Source: a virus. From it: 35,788 bases of DNA. The stretch is taken from positions 1-35,788 of the IMG/VR virus record IMGVR_UViG_3300031539_000144; one strand, 5' to 3'. The notes beneath the pieces were generated by a model that saw only the letters and a list, made by a program, of their open reading frames with translations, was not told the DNA's origin and did no database searches. The first letter of the stretch is position 1. Each line of letters starts with the position of its first letter. Positions 1 to 8,980 of the stretch are shown here, one piece after another. Position numbers and translations under genes: made by a program.

Positions 1-127
1 GCAATAGGCGGATGGTTTTTGGCGTCGGCAGCCATAGCTATGCCAATCTCTGTTCGGTATTTGTTTTCGTACAATTGGTTTTTGCTAGAATCATTTGTAA
101 CCGATATAGCAAAGTCGGCGGCTAATT
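1..127. repeat. Terminal overlap, copy 1: exact 127-nt duplicate of 35662..35788 (circular-assembly overlap)
   Basis: gcaataggcggatgg...aaagtcggcggctaatt occurs at both window ends with no mismatch. The repeat lies inside a reading frame that only closes when the ends are joined. Confidence 0.95.
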
Positions 128-518
128 TATACTGAAGAACCTGCACAAAATACTGAGGGAACGCAGAGGCAGAAGGGCTAAACGTATAATCACCAACGAG
201 TTCACTTACATTTGTATATAGCTTGTCTTCAAATATCTGATAATTACAATTAGGAGTAACGCGCCATAATGTAATTAAATCGGTAGGCAGCTGAAACGCA
301 TACTTCCAGTTATTCGGAGGTGTAGCGGTTAAGCGATTGAATGATTGCTGCTTGACTGAAAAGCGCCAAGTGGTTGTACTAAGGAGGTATTCAACGGCTG
401 TAGAATAAAGAGCTGAGCCTACTGTGGCGCCTGCACCCTGATCTGGGTCTAGGCTTGAAATTGGCGGGTGACCTATCAACACCAACGCATTACTAATAAT
501 ATCTATTTGGCTTGACAT
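1..518 (-). CDS. Tail tubular protein A-like / head-tail adaptor (T7 gp11 type), 5' portion of a gene that crosses the window junction
   Basis: Minus-strand ATG at 518 and the frame is open to position 1. Continuing through the overlap into 35661..35610 gives a 190-codon ORF ending in TAA, which overlaps the next gene's ATG (TAATG). The product starts MSSQIDIISNALVLIGHPPISSLDPDQ, an N-terminal pattern I associate with podovirus gp11-type adaptors. It sits directly upstream of a gp12-sized gene. It is absent from the ORF track because it is edge-truncated. Confidence 0.7.
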   Translation of the reverse strand, partial: MSSQIDIISNALVLIGHPPISSLDPDQGAGATVGSALYSTAVEYLLSTTTWRFSVKQQSFNRLTATPPNNWKYAFQLPTDLITLWRVTPNCNYQIFEDKLYTNVSELVGDYTFSPSASAFPQYFVQVLQYKLAADFAISVTNDSSKNQLYENKYRTEIGIAMAADAKNHPPI

Positions 519-530
519 AAATACCCCGAG

Positions 531-553
531 AGATAAAAGGGGCCGAAGCCCCT
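531..553 (-). terminator. Rho-independent terminator after the capsid gene pair
   Basis: The minus strand reads AGGGGC-TTCG-GCCCCT (553..538) followed by TTTATCT, 5 nt after the stop of the 82-aa ORF. T7 has its strong terminator in the same place, just after the capsid gene. Confidence 0.6.
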
Positions 554-558
554 ATAAT

Positions 559-807
559 TTAAGCAGAAGTAAGACCTTCGCCGACAGTGTACGTCGAACC
601 AGATACGGATATTTCAGATAAACCGAAGCCATCAGAACCGATGATAATCATGATGTCACCGTCACCTAAGCCAGCATCTACCGCGTTATTAAAATAACCA
701 GAGCCGCGAATCGTGGCCAGTGTAGCAGCCTCCTTGTACTTCCATAAACGACCAGATGCGCTATTTGCACTGGCGAACATTTCTAAATTGTCAATTGAAT
801 ATGCCAT
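559..807 (-). CDS. Small protein downstream of the capsid gene (possible capsid accessory or decoration protein)
   Basis: 82-aa ORF starting 13 nt after the capsid stop, with GGGG about 10 nt upstream of the ATG, followed by a terminator. Function is inferred from position only. Confidence 0.6.
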   Translation of the reverse strand: MAYSIDNLEMFASANSASGRLWKYKEAATLATIRGSGYFNNAVDAGLGDGDIMIIIGSDGFGLSEISVSGSTYTVGEGLTSA

Positions 808-820
808 GATTTAAAACCCC

Positions 821-1678
821 TTACCGAGTGTAGTTGATACGGATAACGCCAGCATTCTCGCGAAGCACAGCACCAGAACGAAGCATACCAACTGTTAACC
901 AGCTTGTACGCGTTGGCACATAATCAACTTTAGTCATCATGTCGATGTTACCAACAGCATAACCTACGGAGGCTTTATGCCATGCAAATGCACGCTGATC
1001 AGTTGAGATAGGTAAACCACCTTCAACACGACTACCTAAGATGTGGAACTTCATCCCAACAAAGGTATCGATGTCACCAGAAACTAAAGCTTTAACTGAT
1101 GCATAATCCGTACTAGTTAAAGTTGGGTCGCCTAACAAGTCACGCAAACCTTTAGCTGTGATAGCAATGTGCTTTTCGCCGTCTTCGATTTCAAGATCAC
1201 CAAAGCGCTCATTTACCTCAAGCAACTTAGTGAGAGTCATGCCTGTCGCACCTGTGATAATATCTAACCCTGTATCAGCATCGCCAGTAGTAGGTGATGT
1301 TGAATAGGTGCCGCCATTGAATGCGTCGATAATCAATTGATCTTCACGACGACCCAATGCTTTAGCGATAGATGTTGCAAGCTCTGACATTTCATCAAAG
1401 TTAACTTCGTCTTTGTCGAATATATCTGTGTACTCAGAAGCTAACCAACGCTCAAGCGTGGCAGTCTGTAGAGCATAAGAGATATTCATAGGTGTTACTT
1501 CGGCTTGTGTAGCTTTTTGATTGGCTAAGCCTTGGCCCATACGTTGAAAACGGTAAGTATCACCGGTTACACCGGTGCGAATTGTTACTGCATTGCGGAG
1601 ACGTGCACGTGCTTGATATTGTTGTTTGACTACATCGTCAAACGCCTGGACTGCTGCGGTATCTAGATTGATTGACAT
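821..1678 (-). CDS. Major capsid protein
   Basis: The track ORF is 821..1744. I place the start at ATG 1678 (AAGAGGAA upstream; MSINLDTAAVQAF...). The 285-aa ORF has its own near-consensus promoter, lies after the scaffold gene and before a terminator, and resembles podovirus coat proteins from memory (not searched). Confidence 0.8.
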   Translation of the reverse strand: MSINLDTAAVQAFDDVVKQQYQARARLRNAVTIRTGVTGDTYRFQRMGQGLANQKATQAEVTPMNISYALQTATLERWLASEYTDIFDKDEVNFDEMSELATSIAKALGRREDQLIIDAFNGGTYSTSPTTGDADTGLDIITGATGMTLTKLLEVNERFGDLEIEDGEKHIAITAKGLRDLLGDPTLTSTDYASVKALVSGDIDTFVGMKFHILGSRVEGGLPISTDQRAFAWHKASVGYAVGNIDMMTKVDYVPTRTSWLTVGMLRSGAVLRENAGVIRINYTR

Positions 1679-1798
1679 AATGTCATTCCTCTTAACGGTT
1701 TTAGCCTTAACCGTGTTGCCTAAGATAGGGACGGTTAAAAGCAATAAATTACTTTTAGGTTGTCGCTATCAGGCTCAAAGAGGTATCTGATTTGTTAT

Positions 1799-1827
1799 AT
1801 TGTAACCCTAGTTATGAATCAATGCAA
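1799..1827 (-). promoter_or_regulatory. Sigma70-type promoter upstream of the capsid gene
   Basis: The minus strand reads TTGCAT (1827..1822), a 17-nt spacer, then TACAAT (1804..1799). It lies in the 91-nt gap between the 386-aa ORF and the capsid gene. Confidence 0.6.
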
Positions 1828-1835
1828 TTATCGCG

Positions 1836-2996
1836 CTAATCAATGGCATATATATTCAAAGATACCCTTGCTGAAACTTCGGTATTGTTAGTGGTTGTAC
1901 TAGCAGTCACCCAGAATATATCACCAGCGGTCAATTTAAGTCCGATCGGGTCAGATATTACCTGCGAATTTTCTGCATCAGTATCCATTTTAGACCTAAA
2001 TATTTCGTAAGTTGTTTCTGTTATTCGACTATAAACATGAATCTTAAATATCACCCTGGGAGAACCACCACCACCGGACAACCTTAATGCGCTAAGTAGG
2101 ATGTATTTTATTGTTGCTACTGAATTTCTAGGGATTTCTGCTAGCACCTGTTGAGTAGTACCGGAAGAAGCGGGAATGAATGCCTCGACATCAGCTGTCG
2201 ACGTAGCCGTTATCGATATGTCCCCTGCATTGGTGTTAGCTGATCCGCTCGAAAGAACCACGCACCTATTAACATTGAGCGCCGTAAAAGCGGTTATGTT
2301 AATTCCAGTCGCACCCAGCACAACGGTAGCCTCTTGTAGATCTTGATTTGCATCAATATACGTAAACAATAAAGACAGCGCGCCTGTCGTGCCGCTTCCA
2401 TCTGTGGCGTTATCAAATGCAATTGTTAAGGTTGATGCAACGGATAATATGGCCGGTGTATTTGTTGTGTTATCAGCGATAATAAGGGCGTCGCCATCAG
2501 CAACATCTAAGTCATCACGATAGCCCCACTTATTCAGTATTGATACGCCAGCCCTTAACCCTCTTAGAATATCATCTTGATTGTCCGAAGGCCGTACAGG
2601 TATCGCATCTTCATCTCTACCTATCCGCTTATTTAAAGGGGTTACTCTTGGTCCATTGTAATCAACAAACGATGCATACACCTCAAGCACAGTCTGCGTA
2701 GTATCACCATTAACAACACGAAGCCGATAATATGACGCTATCGGTGAGACTATATGGGCCTCCGTTAAGTTTCTACCGAAAGAATAACCTAGTGGTGGCT
2801 CGGTAAGAACGGTGTCACCCGTGGGCGTATTTGAATAATCAACAAAGATAGAGGTTAATTGATCACTTACGGCGTTAAACCTTAACCTAATGTCTCGCCC
2901 TATTAGCTGCCATTGACCAGTCCACGTACCACCGGCGCCTAAAGGCGTTGTTGTTGAGTTTAATTCCTCGAAAGGAGTTGAATTTGTATCTGCCAT
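1836..2996 (-). CDS. Hypothetical beta-rich protein encoded between scaffold and capsid genes (probable virion protein)
   Basis: 386-aa ORF with AGGTGA 7 nt upstream of the ATG. It is rich in Thr, Ser, Asn and Gly with short alternating hydrophobic stretches typical of beta-sandwich proteins. I recognise no motif. Confidence 0.7.
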   Translation of the reverse strand: MADTNSTPFEELNSTTTPLGAGGTWTGQWQLIGRDIRLRFNAVSDQLTSIFVDYSNTPTGDTVLTEPPLGYSFGRNLTEAHIVSPIASYYRLRVVNGDTTQTVLEVYASFVDYNGPRVTPLNKRIGRDEDAIPVRPSDNQDDILRGLRAGVSILNKWGYRDDLDVADGDALIIADNTTNTPAILSVASTLTIAFDNATDGSGTTGALSLLFTYIDANQDLQEATVVLGATGINITAFTALNVNRCVVLSSGSANTNAGDISITATSTADVEAFIPASSGTTQQVLAEIPRNSVATIKYILLSALRLSGGGGSPRVIFKIHVYSRITETTYEIFRSKMDTDAENSQVISDPIGLKLTAGDIFWVTASTTTNNTEVSARVSLNIYAID

Positions 2997-3024
2997 GAGG
3001 GCTCACCTTTGGTATGATGTGACG

Positions 3025-3067
3025 GCCTCAGGGGTTATCCGGTAGGGTGAGACTACCGGCCTGAGGC
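3025..3067 (-). promoter_or_regulatory. Nested GC-rich hairpin between the scaffold gene and the 386-aa ORF (possible RNA processing, stability or attenuation element)
   Basis: The outer 8-bp stem pairs gcctcagg (3025-3032) with cctgaggc (3060-3067). The inner 7-bp stem pairs ccggtag (3039-3045) with ctaccgg (3053-3059). No U tract follows on the transcribed strand. Confidence 0.5.
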
Positions 3068-3088
3068 ACCTTATTGTACTGTTGTTTT

Positions 3089-3880
3089 CTATCTGGCGCC
3101 AATAGTTACATTGTGAGGTTGATTGCCATACATTTGCGCATATAACCCTCGAACCTTAGCGGCATACTCTTTGTCTGTACTCATTTTTGGATTGCCGTAT
3201 TCATCCTTGGCCATTTGCATATCACTCAATTCTTGCTTAGATATTGAGGGCGCAGGTTGAACTTGATCTACTTGTCCAGCATTGCGAGTTTTGGCGATCA
3301 AAGCCTCGATTGCTCCAACAGCTCGAGCGGATGTTAACGAGTCCTCCAGGGCCTTAGCGGTTTCAGCGTCTAGATTGTTTTTGGACCAGTCGCTAATATT
3401 CTCAAGACGTCGAGCGCCATTCTTACCTAAAGCCTCAAACTCTTCTTTCCGTATCTCCTCAAAAGATTGTTGATCAGCAAGCAAGCCTTTGAAGTGCAAC
3501 GCAGCAAGCTTATTAAACGCCTCGCCGTTAATGCCTAACTCTTTCGCCATATCTTTGAATTCGCCTATCAATGGATCATCGGCGAAGTCTTCCATATTAA
3601 TACGGTCGGCCATTTCCTCTGGCAACTCGATAGTGTACTCATCAGGCGCACCAGTGAAGGCGCCAAACTTAGATTGCAGCTCCTTGTATGCTTTAGCCTG
3701 CTCTATAGCGGCCTCCTGATCCGTTCGGCCTTCCTTGCGATACTTATCAAGAACAAAGTCGAGCTTATCCTGAACGGCTTCTGGCGTTGCTTCTGGGGCT
3801 GCCTCAACTACATTGCTAATAGTTTCCGGCGTCTCTGCTTGTGCTTCTACTTCGGGCGCGTTATTTGCGGTATCCGTCAT
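3089..3880 (-). CDS. Scaffolding protein
   Basis: 263 aa, very acidic and Ala/Glu/Lys-rich with a helical character. It lies between the portal and capsid genes, and its start overlaps the upstream stop. Confidence 0.65.
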   Translation of the reverse strand: MTDTANNAPEVEAQAETPETISNVVEAAPEATPEAVQDKLDFVLDKYRKEGRTDQEAAIEQAKAYKELQSKFGAFTGAPDEYTIELPEEMADRINMEDFADDPLIGEFKDMAKELGINGEAFNKLAALHFKGLLADQQSFEEIRKEEFEALGKNGARRLENISDWSKNNLDAETAKALEDSLTSARAVGAIEALIAKTRNAGQVDQVQPAPSISKQELSDMQMAKDEYGNPKMSTDKEYAAKVRGLYAQMYGNQPHNVTIGAR

Positions 3881-4155
3881 GCTTGATCCTCATAGTATTT
3901 AACAGCTTTTAGTATTGAGCGTATAAAAGATTTGTATCCCTCATTTATGCCCATAGTAACCTGGTCGTCGCCTCTGGATACAGTCGGCGACCAGATTAAA
4001 ACCTCTTTCCATCGATCTAATAGTTTCTGCCCATGCTCTGAGCTGAACACATTATAAACCAAAGACGAATCCATTAGTGCTTGTTTGATAAACGCATCCT
4101 GTGAAGCCTTGGCATCCTCTTCCATTTTATCTAGGGGGTGTCTATCGTTATTCAA
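3877..4155 (-). CDS. Hypothetical protein between portal and scaffold genes
   Basis: 92-aa ORF that overlaps both neighbours (8 nt and 4 nt), consistent with translational coupling. Confidence 0.65.
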   Translation of the reverse strand: MNNDRHPLDKMEEDAKASQDAFIKQALMDSSLVYNVFSSEHGQKLLDRWKEVLIWSPTVSRGDDQVTMGINEGYKSFIRSILKAVKYYEDQA

Positions 4156-5689
4156 TTGGTGGTCCTCCCTGTGGTTGTTGCTGTGCTTGCTGTTGCTGCA
4201 TGATCATCTTAGTGGCCTGCTCTATCTGCTCAGGTGAACGCGCAAGCTCTTCAGGTAGATTAAGATTACGCTGTAAGAACTGCGGCACAAACTCTAGCGC
4301 AGCTCCAAGCATTTTAACTTCATCCGGTAACTGTTGCATGGCATTTAAGAACACGAACAAGTGATCGATGTTTTCTGTTTGCTCAGCACTTGCCAGCGGC
4401 GATGACATTTTGAGCGTAACCTCACGGCCATCAACCTCAATAGGCGGTATCTTGCCAGCCAATGCGAGGATTTTACTTACACGCGCCACCAATGGAAATA
4501 CAAACTCAGACTGCAATCGACCAAAGTTAGCGCCTCGTTTCTTGAGCATATCCTGCTGACGAATAAGGTTCTCTGTTGCACTGCGCACAGGATCAGACAG
4601 CTCGCCTAGCGGATCAGCAAAGAACACCTTCTTGATGTTGTTTTGCATGTCTTCCATGATGAACTGACCCACGCGCAAATCACCGCCTACTTGCATTGGC
4701 ACCAATGGAGGGTTGTTAGTATCAGCAACAGGCATGATGATGCCTGGCTGTATTCGCGCTGAATGCGGATTAAATATACCATCACTAGCGCCCAACATTG
4801 GAGGCGTCATCGTAAGGGCTGCGTTCTGTAACATGAACTCTTTAACTTTATTCAGCGTGCGGACATCAGCCATAGCCATGTCGGCAGGACCACGACCGTA
4901 TGTTTCGCCAGACACCTTGGACCATCGGTAAACAATAGCGACTGGACTATCGCCATACGATTGGTGGAATATAATCTCATCATCCCACATCACGACCTGG
5001 TGATAAGTTTTATCTTTGAAGTTGAACACCTGTGAGCCATCGATAATATCAACGTCAGACGTGGGGTTTTCTCTTACTGTTCGCTCCTGCTTAGCGTTTA
5101 GCTTAGCTTCAGGAAACTTGAGCATTATCTCTTGGGCTTTGATCGAGTGCTTACGAAATACTGTATGCACCTTGGCCATCGATGTAGGCTCAGGATATAA
5201 CTCAGGCAAAGGAATCGCGGTGAATTTAAGTAATGGCTCGTCGATGTCGTTACCTTGCTCAACAAGAAGGCAGCCCATACTAATAGCCATGTCTTGATGG
5301 GATAGGTTTATTTGGCTAGAAAAGTCCGAGTGTGACAGGTACTTGAAAAACGTACTCGTTGCGGCTTCTAACGCCTCATTAGCTGCATCTTGCTCATCGT
5401 CCTGAATATCACTACCAGCTTCATACTTCATCCACTTGGTGGACTCTGGAGTAATAGATGATGTGATCACAGATACGAACGTTTGCAATGCCTCAACGCC
5501 AGTAGAATCGTAAAGGTGTCGATTCTTACGCTGACCAGGCGAGTGAAAGTTAAACGTCTCACGATTTGGATTAAAGAACTCATACATATCTTGCAGAGTT
5601 GAGCGCCACAATTCACGCCTTTCACTAGCAGACGCGAATCGTTTCTTTATTTCTTTGGCCCCGCCAAGGCCATTAGGCAATGTAATCAT
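4148..5689 (-). CDS. Portal (head-to-tail connector) protein
   Basis: 513 aa with a Gln-rich C-terminus (QQQQAQQQPQGG). It lies downstream of terL and upstream of the scaffold and capsid genes, the canonical order. Confidence 0.8.
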   Translation of the reverse strand: MITLPNGLGGAKEIKKRFASASERRELWRSTLQDMYEFFNPNRETFNFHSPGQRKNRHLYDSTGVEALQTFVSVITSSITPESTKWMKYEAGSDIQDDEQDAANEALEAATSTFFKYLSHSDFSSQINLSHQDMAISMGCLLVEQGNDIDEPLLKFTAIPLPELYPEPTSMAKVHTVFRKHSIKAQEIMLKFPEAKLNAKQERTVRENPTSDVDIIDGSQVFNFKDKTYHQVVMWDDEIIFHQSYGDSPVAIVYRWSKVSGETYGRGPADMAMADVRTLNKVKEFMLQNAALTMTPPMLGASDGIFNPHSARIQPGIIMPVADTNNPPLVPMQVGGDLRVGQFIMEDMQNNIKKVFFADPLGELSDPVRSATENLIRQQDMLKKRGANFGRLQSEFVFPLVARVSKILALAGKIPPIEVDGREVTLKMSSPLASAEQTENIDHLFVFLNAMQQLPDEVKMLGAALEFVPQFLQRNLNLPEELARSPEQIEQATKMIMQQQQAQQQPQGGPPIE

Positions 5690-6006
5690 CGTGATGCAAT
5701 CAACGATTGGCGGCCACCGGTTTTACGTAATAACTTTCTACGCCCTGCAACATCATCAGCCTCAAGCAATGCCATTTGCTCTTTCTGAGACTGAAGCGCT
5801 ATAGACTCCTCCTGTGTTTTCTTTTCGGCGTCGGCCTTGTCTTCGTTTCTAGATAGTGTCGACTCAACAAACAGGCCCTTCTTCTCTGCCTTTTTATTGA
5901 GCTTCTCCACTTCCTTCACACTCTTCTGCGAAAGCGGCTCATAAGGCGTGCTAGCACCTAAAGCCTTTATACCTACATGCCGCACCTTCTCTGTTGCCTT
6001 AGCCAT
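5686..6006 (-). CDS. Hypothetical Lys/Glu-rich protein upstream of the portal gene
   Basis: The track ORF is 5686..6015 (GTG). I prefer ATG 6006 (MAKATEK...) because AGGTGG lies upstream and the ATG overlaps the previous stop. The 3' end overlaps the portal start by 4 nt. Confidence 0.6.
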   Translation of the reverse strand: MAKATEKVRHVGIKALGASTPYEPLSQKSVKEVEKLNKKAEKKGLFVESTLSRNEDKADAEKKTQEESIALQSQKEQMALLEADDVAGRRKLLRKTGGRQSLIASR

Positions 6007-6418
6007 ACCGTCCACCTATTAAGCCGTTATATAATTGTTTTGGGGTTAACGTGAAGAACGACTTAATGCCAAGCAACGCCTTGACTTGTTCAACACACGT
6101 AAAGAAATTAACCGTTCCTCGTGCCTTCATTGGATACTTAACTTTAACTTTTACAACCTTGGCATCCGGTCCAGCTATCATTTGAATTACTGGATACTGA
6201 CATTTTAACATGATTTTCACGTCTGTCATATTAACCCGTGGCTGTATCACTAGCCATTGAAAATCATTAAGGTCTTTAACTGCGTACACATGCCCCATTG
6301 ATCTATCAACAAAGCGGTATATCCAGTGATCGTACTTAGCCGCATCGAACACAATATAGTAATTTATATCGTCATCAACTTCAGGCGGGCGCATTGAATT
6401 CATCACTATAAGGAACAA
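5999..6418 (-). CDS. Hypothetical protein
   Basis: 139-aa track ORF. The true start may be Met 6403 or 6394, because 6381..6418 overlaps the upstream 57-aa ORF. Confidence 0.6.
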   Translation of the reverse strand: MFLIVMNSMRPPEVDDDINYYIVFDAAKYDHWIYRFVDRSMGHVYAVKDLNDFQWLVIQPRVNMTDVKIMLKCQYPVIQMIAGPDAKVVKVKVKYPMKARGTVNFFTCVEQVKALLGIKSFFTLTPKQLYNGLIGGRYG

Positions 6419-6554
6419 ATACCATAGACGGAATCTTGCCGCCTGCCACTACATCTATACGCTGATATATCCAGCCACCAGGAACGCGTATTATTGTATA
6501 AATTCCTTTTATTAGCGGCTCATGCAGCTCTAGATCGTATATTGACTTAGCCAT
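6381..6554 (-). CDS. Small hypothetical protein (57 aa), absent from the ORF track
   Basis: The ATG at 6554 shares one nucleotide with the terL stop (TAATG). Hand translation gives MAKSIYDLELHEPLIKGIYTIIRVPGGWIYQRIDVVAGGKIPSMVFVPYSDEFNAPA. It fills an otherwise empty 135-nt gap. Confidence 0.55.
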   Translation of the reverse strand: MAKSIYDLELHEPLIKGIYTIIRVPGGWIYQRIDVVAGGKIPSMVFVPYSDEFNAPA

Positions 6555-7843
6555 TAAAATACCTCAAAGCTTGAATATGCTTGAACCGGCTGACTCATTG
6601 CCGCCCTATCTGGCAAAGCTAATCTATCTTGCCAACCCATTGCAATATATCTAAATGAGTCGGCCCCATGACTTGACCAATCATGAAGCGGTGTATCACG
6701 GAACATGCCGCGCTTCTCGTCGTAATCATATCGATACTGAGATAAGCATTCTATCCCGTACTTGCATCGTGTCTCATCTATCCACACGCGAGAAAACAGC
6801 TTTCTTGCTGCTTCGATACCATCAGCCACCTTATGCTGCTTGACAACACGAAAGTTAATTCCCATTTCTCGAGCTGTATCACGTCGAGATTTGCCATTCA
6901 TTAGTTCACGCACTTCAATATCATGTGGTGCAAAGTGGTCACCGTATGAAACGCCGTTGTCGCGGGCGAAGTTTTTTAGATATTGAATGTAGTGAGCCAT
7001 GCCTTCACCTGAGTTCTGATAGTAGTTGATCAGGCGAATCTCTTTTCCTATCGCCTGAACAAACCATATCGTCATTGCATCACTAATACCCAAATCCCAA
7101 AACGTATGAACGTCGATCTTTGTTTCTATTGGCACAAACCCTATGCGCTTAGTGGCCATTGCTGCGGCCATCTCTCTTCCGTATACGGCACCCTTGATTG
7201 CAGCAGTCCATGAACATTCATATTCTTGCTCATACTCTTCGGGTGTCATTATCTCTTGAGCGTCGATCAATTCCTCTTCTTTCACTATCTTTGTTTCTGA
7301 GGCTTTGTAGGTCTGAGTGAACCACTTATCGGATGAGTCGGCCTTACTGTATAGCTCGTAGAATGAGTTCTTCCCCTTTGGTGTACCTATGAATATTGCC
7401 CAACCTTCACGATCGGACAATGCAGGCCTCAATACTTCACCAAATAAACTAGATGGCATTTGTGCATACTCATCAAGAACAGCACCATCCAAATATAATC
7501 CACGTAGCGCATCAGGTGAATCACAACCAAATAATTGAATGCGCCCATCGTTAGGGTAATCAATACGTAATTCAGACTCATTGATCTTTATGTCGGGTAT
7601 GCCGCGAGAGTAATGCTTTAGATAATCCCATGCGATAGTTTTAGCTTGCTTATACGTTGGGGCTAGGTAGGCGTAGCGTGGACGCTCTTTAGTAGATGTG
7701 AGGCACTGCTTTAACAGCTCATTGATAGCGAAAACCGTCTTGCCAAAGCGCCTATGACACACAATTACATTCCAACGCATTAGGTCAGAATGTATTTTCT
7801 TTTGCAGCTCACGCGGCTTGTACGGGATTACTATTGTTGCCAT
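6554..7843 (-). CDS. terL: Terminase large subunit
   Basis: 429 aa with a Walker A-like HRRFGKT, a Walker B-like LDGAVLDEYAQM, and a C-terminal nuclease-like half with conserved acidic residues. It is preceded by an overlapping small basic ORF. Confidence 0.85.
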   Translation of the reverse strand: MATIVIPYKPRELQKKIHSDLMRWNVIVCHRRFGKTVFAINELLKQCLTSTKERPRYAYLAPTYKQAKTIAWDYLKHYSRGIPDIKINESELRIDYPNDGRIQLFGCDSPDALRGLYLDGAVLDEYAQMPSSLFGEVLRPALSDREGWAIFIGTPKGKNSFYELYSKADSSDKWFTQTYKASETKIVKEEELIDAQEIMTPEEYEQEYECSWTAAIKGAVYGREMAAAMATKRIGFVPIETKIDVHTFWDLGISDAMTIWFVQAIGKEIRLINYYQNSGEGMAHYIQYLKNFARDNGVSYGDHFAPHDIEVRELMNGKSRRDTAREMGINFRVVKQHKVADGIEAARKLFSRVWIDETRCKYGIECLSQYRYDYDEKRGMFRDTPLHDWSSHGADSFRYIAMGWQDRLALPDRAAMSQPVQAYSSFEVF

Positions 7844-8118
7844 GTGATAGTCAGCCCGCCTTTATGCTCGACCTCACCCTGAAGCTCTACGGCCTTTAAA
7901 TCTGGTAGTGTTTTCTTGAGTAATCCTAGCGCCGCAGCAACTTGACTTGGCGATAATAAATCCTCATCCGCATGTATATGATTATCAAGGCGTTTTATTA
8001 GGTGGGTTGTCCGTATTTTATTGCGTGTATTTTCGTCGCAAGTTATGCGCCTTACGCGTGCGCTGGACTTCTTTTTTACCGCCGGAGTATTACTATCTGC
8101 TACTTTTTTTGTTGTCAT
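7831..8118 (-). CDS. terS: Terminase small subunit (by position)
   Basis: 95 aa with a basic N-terminus (KKKSSARVRR). It overlaps the terL start by 13 nt. Confidence 0.55.
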   Translation of the reverse strand: MTTKKVADSNTPAVKKKSSARVRRITCDENTRNKIRTTHLIKRLDNHIHADEDLLSPSQVAAALGLLKKTLPDLKAVELQGEVEHKGGLTITWQQ

Positions 8119-8145
8119 TACTCAGTATCCTATATGGGTGAGTTG

Positions 8146-8439
8146 TTACGAATTTTCGCTTTTAATTAATTTGGATAACGCGCTTCTCATTTCTAGAATT
8201 AACTTATCTTCAAGCTTCTCATCATCGCTATACATCATCGAATGATATGTTTGATTACCGTCGCTATACGATACTGAGTGTATCCAGCATAGCTTAGGGC
8301 CGCAATATTCAGACTCCCATTTTACCGCTTCTATTGACGCACCAATCAGCTCTTGATGCTCAATAAGGCTTATAGGTATTAGTGTGGTCGCATAAGCTGT
8401 GGCGGCAAACTTAAAAAACCCTCTCCTTGACATACTCAT
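8146..8439 (-). CDS. Small protein with a twin-arginine (Tat) signal peptide
   Basis: The N-terminus MSMSRRGFFKFAATAYATTLIPISL matches the Tat consensus S-R-R-x-F-x-K plus a hydrophobic region and an AxA-like site. GAGGA lies 7 nt upstream of the ATG. Confidence 0.65.
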   Translation of the reverse strand: MSMSRRGFFKFAATAYATTLIPISLIEHQELIGASIEAVKWESEYCGPKLCWIHSVSYSDGNQTYHSMMYSDDEKLEDKLILEMRSALSKLIKSENS

Positions 8440-8476
8440 CGCGGTATCCTCTCGGGCGCATTGTTATAATGTAACG

Positions 8477-8671
8477 TTACTTACGGAATTTGCTCATATG
8501 CTTAGGTGATGGGTCCCACGGCTTTAGGTTGTATTCTGTAGCCATGTTTCGATTACCTGTTAACGCACATAGATTGCTGATCATTAGCTCCAAGTTCTCA
8601 ATTCGCTCCAACGCACTTAAAAGCAAGTCATCATTGCTTGATTCCACTTCTTTCTTCTTTGCTTCTGCCAT
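8477..8671 (-). CDS. Hypothetical protein
   Basis: 64-aa track ORF on the same strand as its neighbours and non-overlapping. Confidence 0.55.
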   Translation of the reverse strand: MAEAKKKEVESSNDDLLLSALERIENLELMISNLCALTGNRNMATEYNLKPWDPSPKHMSKFRK

Positions 8672-8749
8672 GCCAATTCCTCGGTTTTGATTGTTTGTTA
8701 TTCTACCATGTATTATGTGTTTGTGTTTATACGCTTATCCAGTTACTCA

Positions 8750-8980
8750 TCATATAACCTCATCATAATTCACTACACTGGGATCGTGCAGCGCTAACCA
8801 CATAATCATTAGCCGGCTAAGATGTTTAGGTGGAATCCTATCGCAATTTACAGATATAGCTCCATCTAGGTCAATCTGCACAATATCATCCTCTGGCGAC
8901 TTCCAATAAACACCGCAAAAATTACCGTCCGCATCAAGACAATAATTGAAAAGCCCCGGAAACTTAACGACATTACTCAT
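8750..8980 (-). CDS. Hypothetical protein
   Basis: 76-aa track ORF whose start overlaps the upstream stop (ATGA-type coupling). Confidence 0.6.
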   Translation of the reverse strand: MSNVVKFPGLFNYCLDADGNFCGVYWKSPEDDIVQIDLDGAISVNCDRIPPKHLSRLMIMWLALHDPSVVNYDEVI

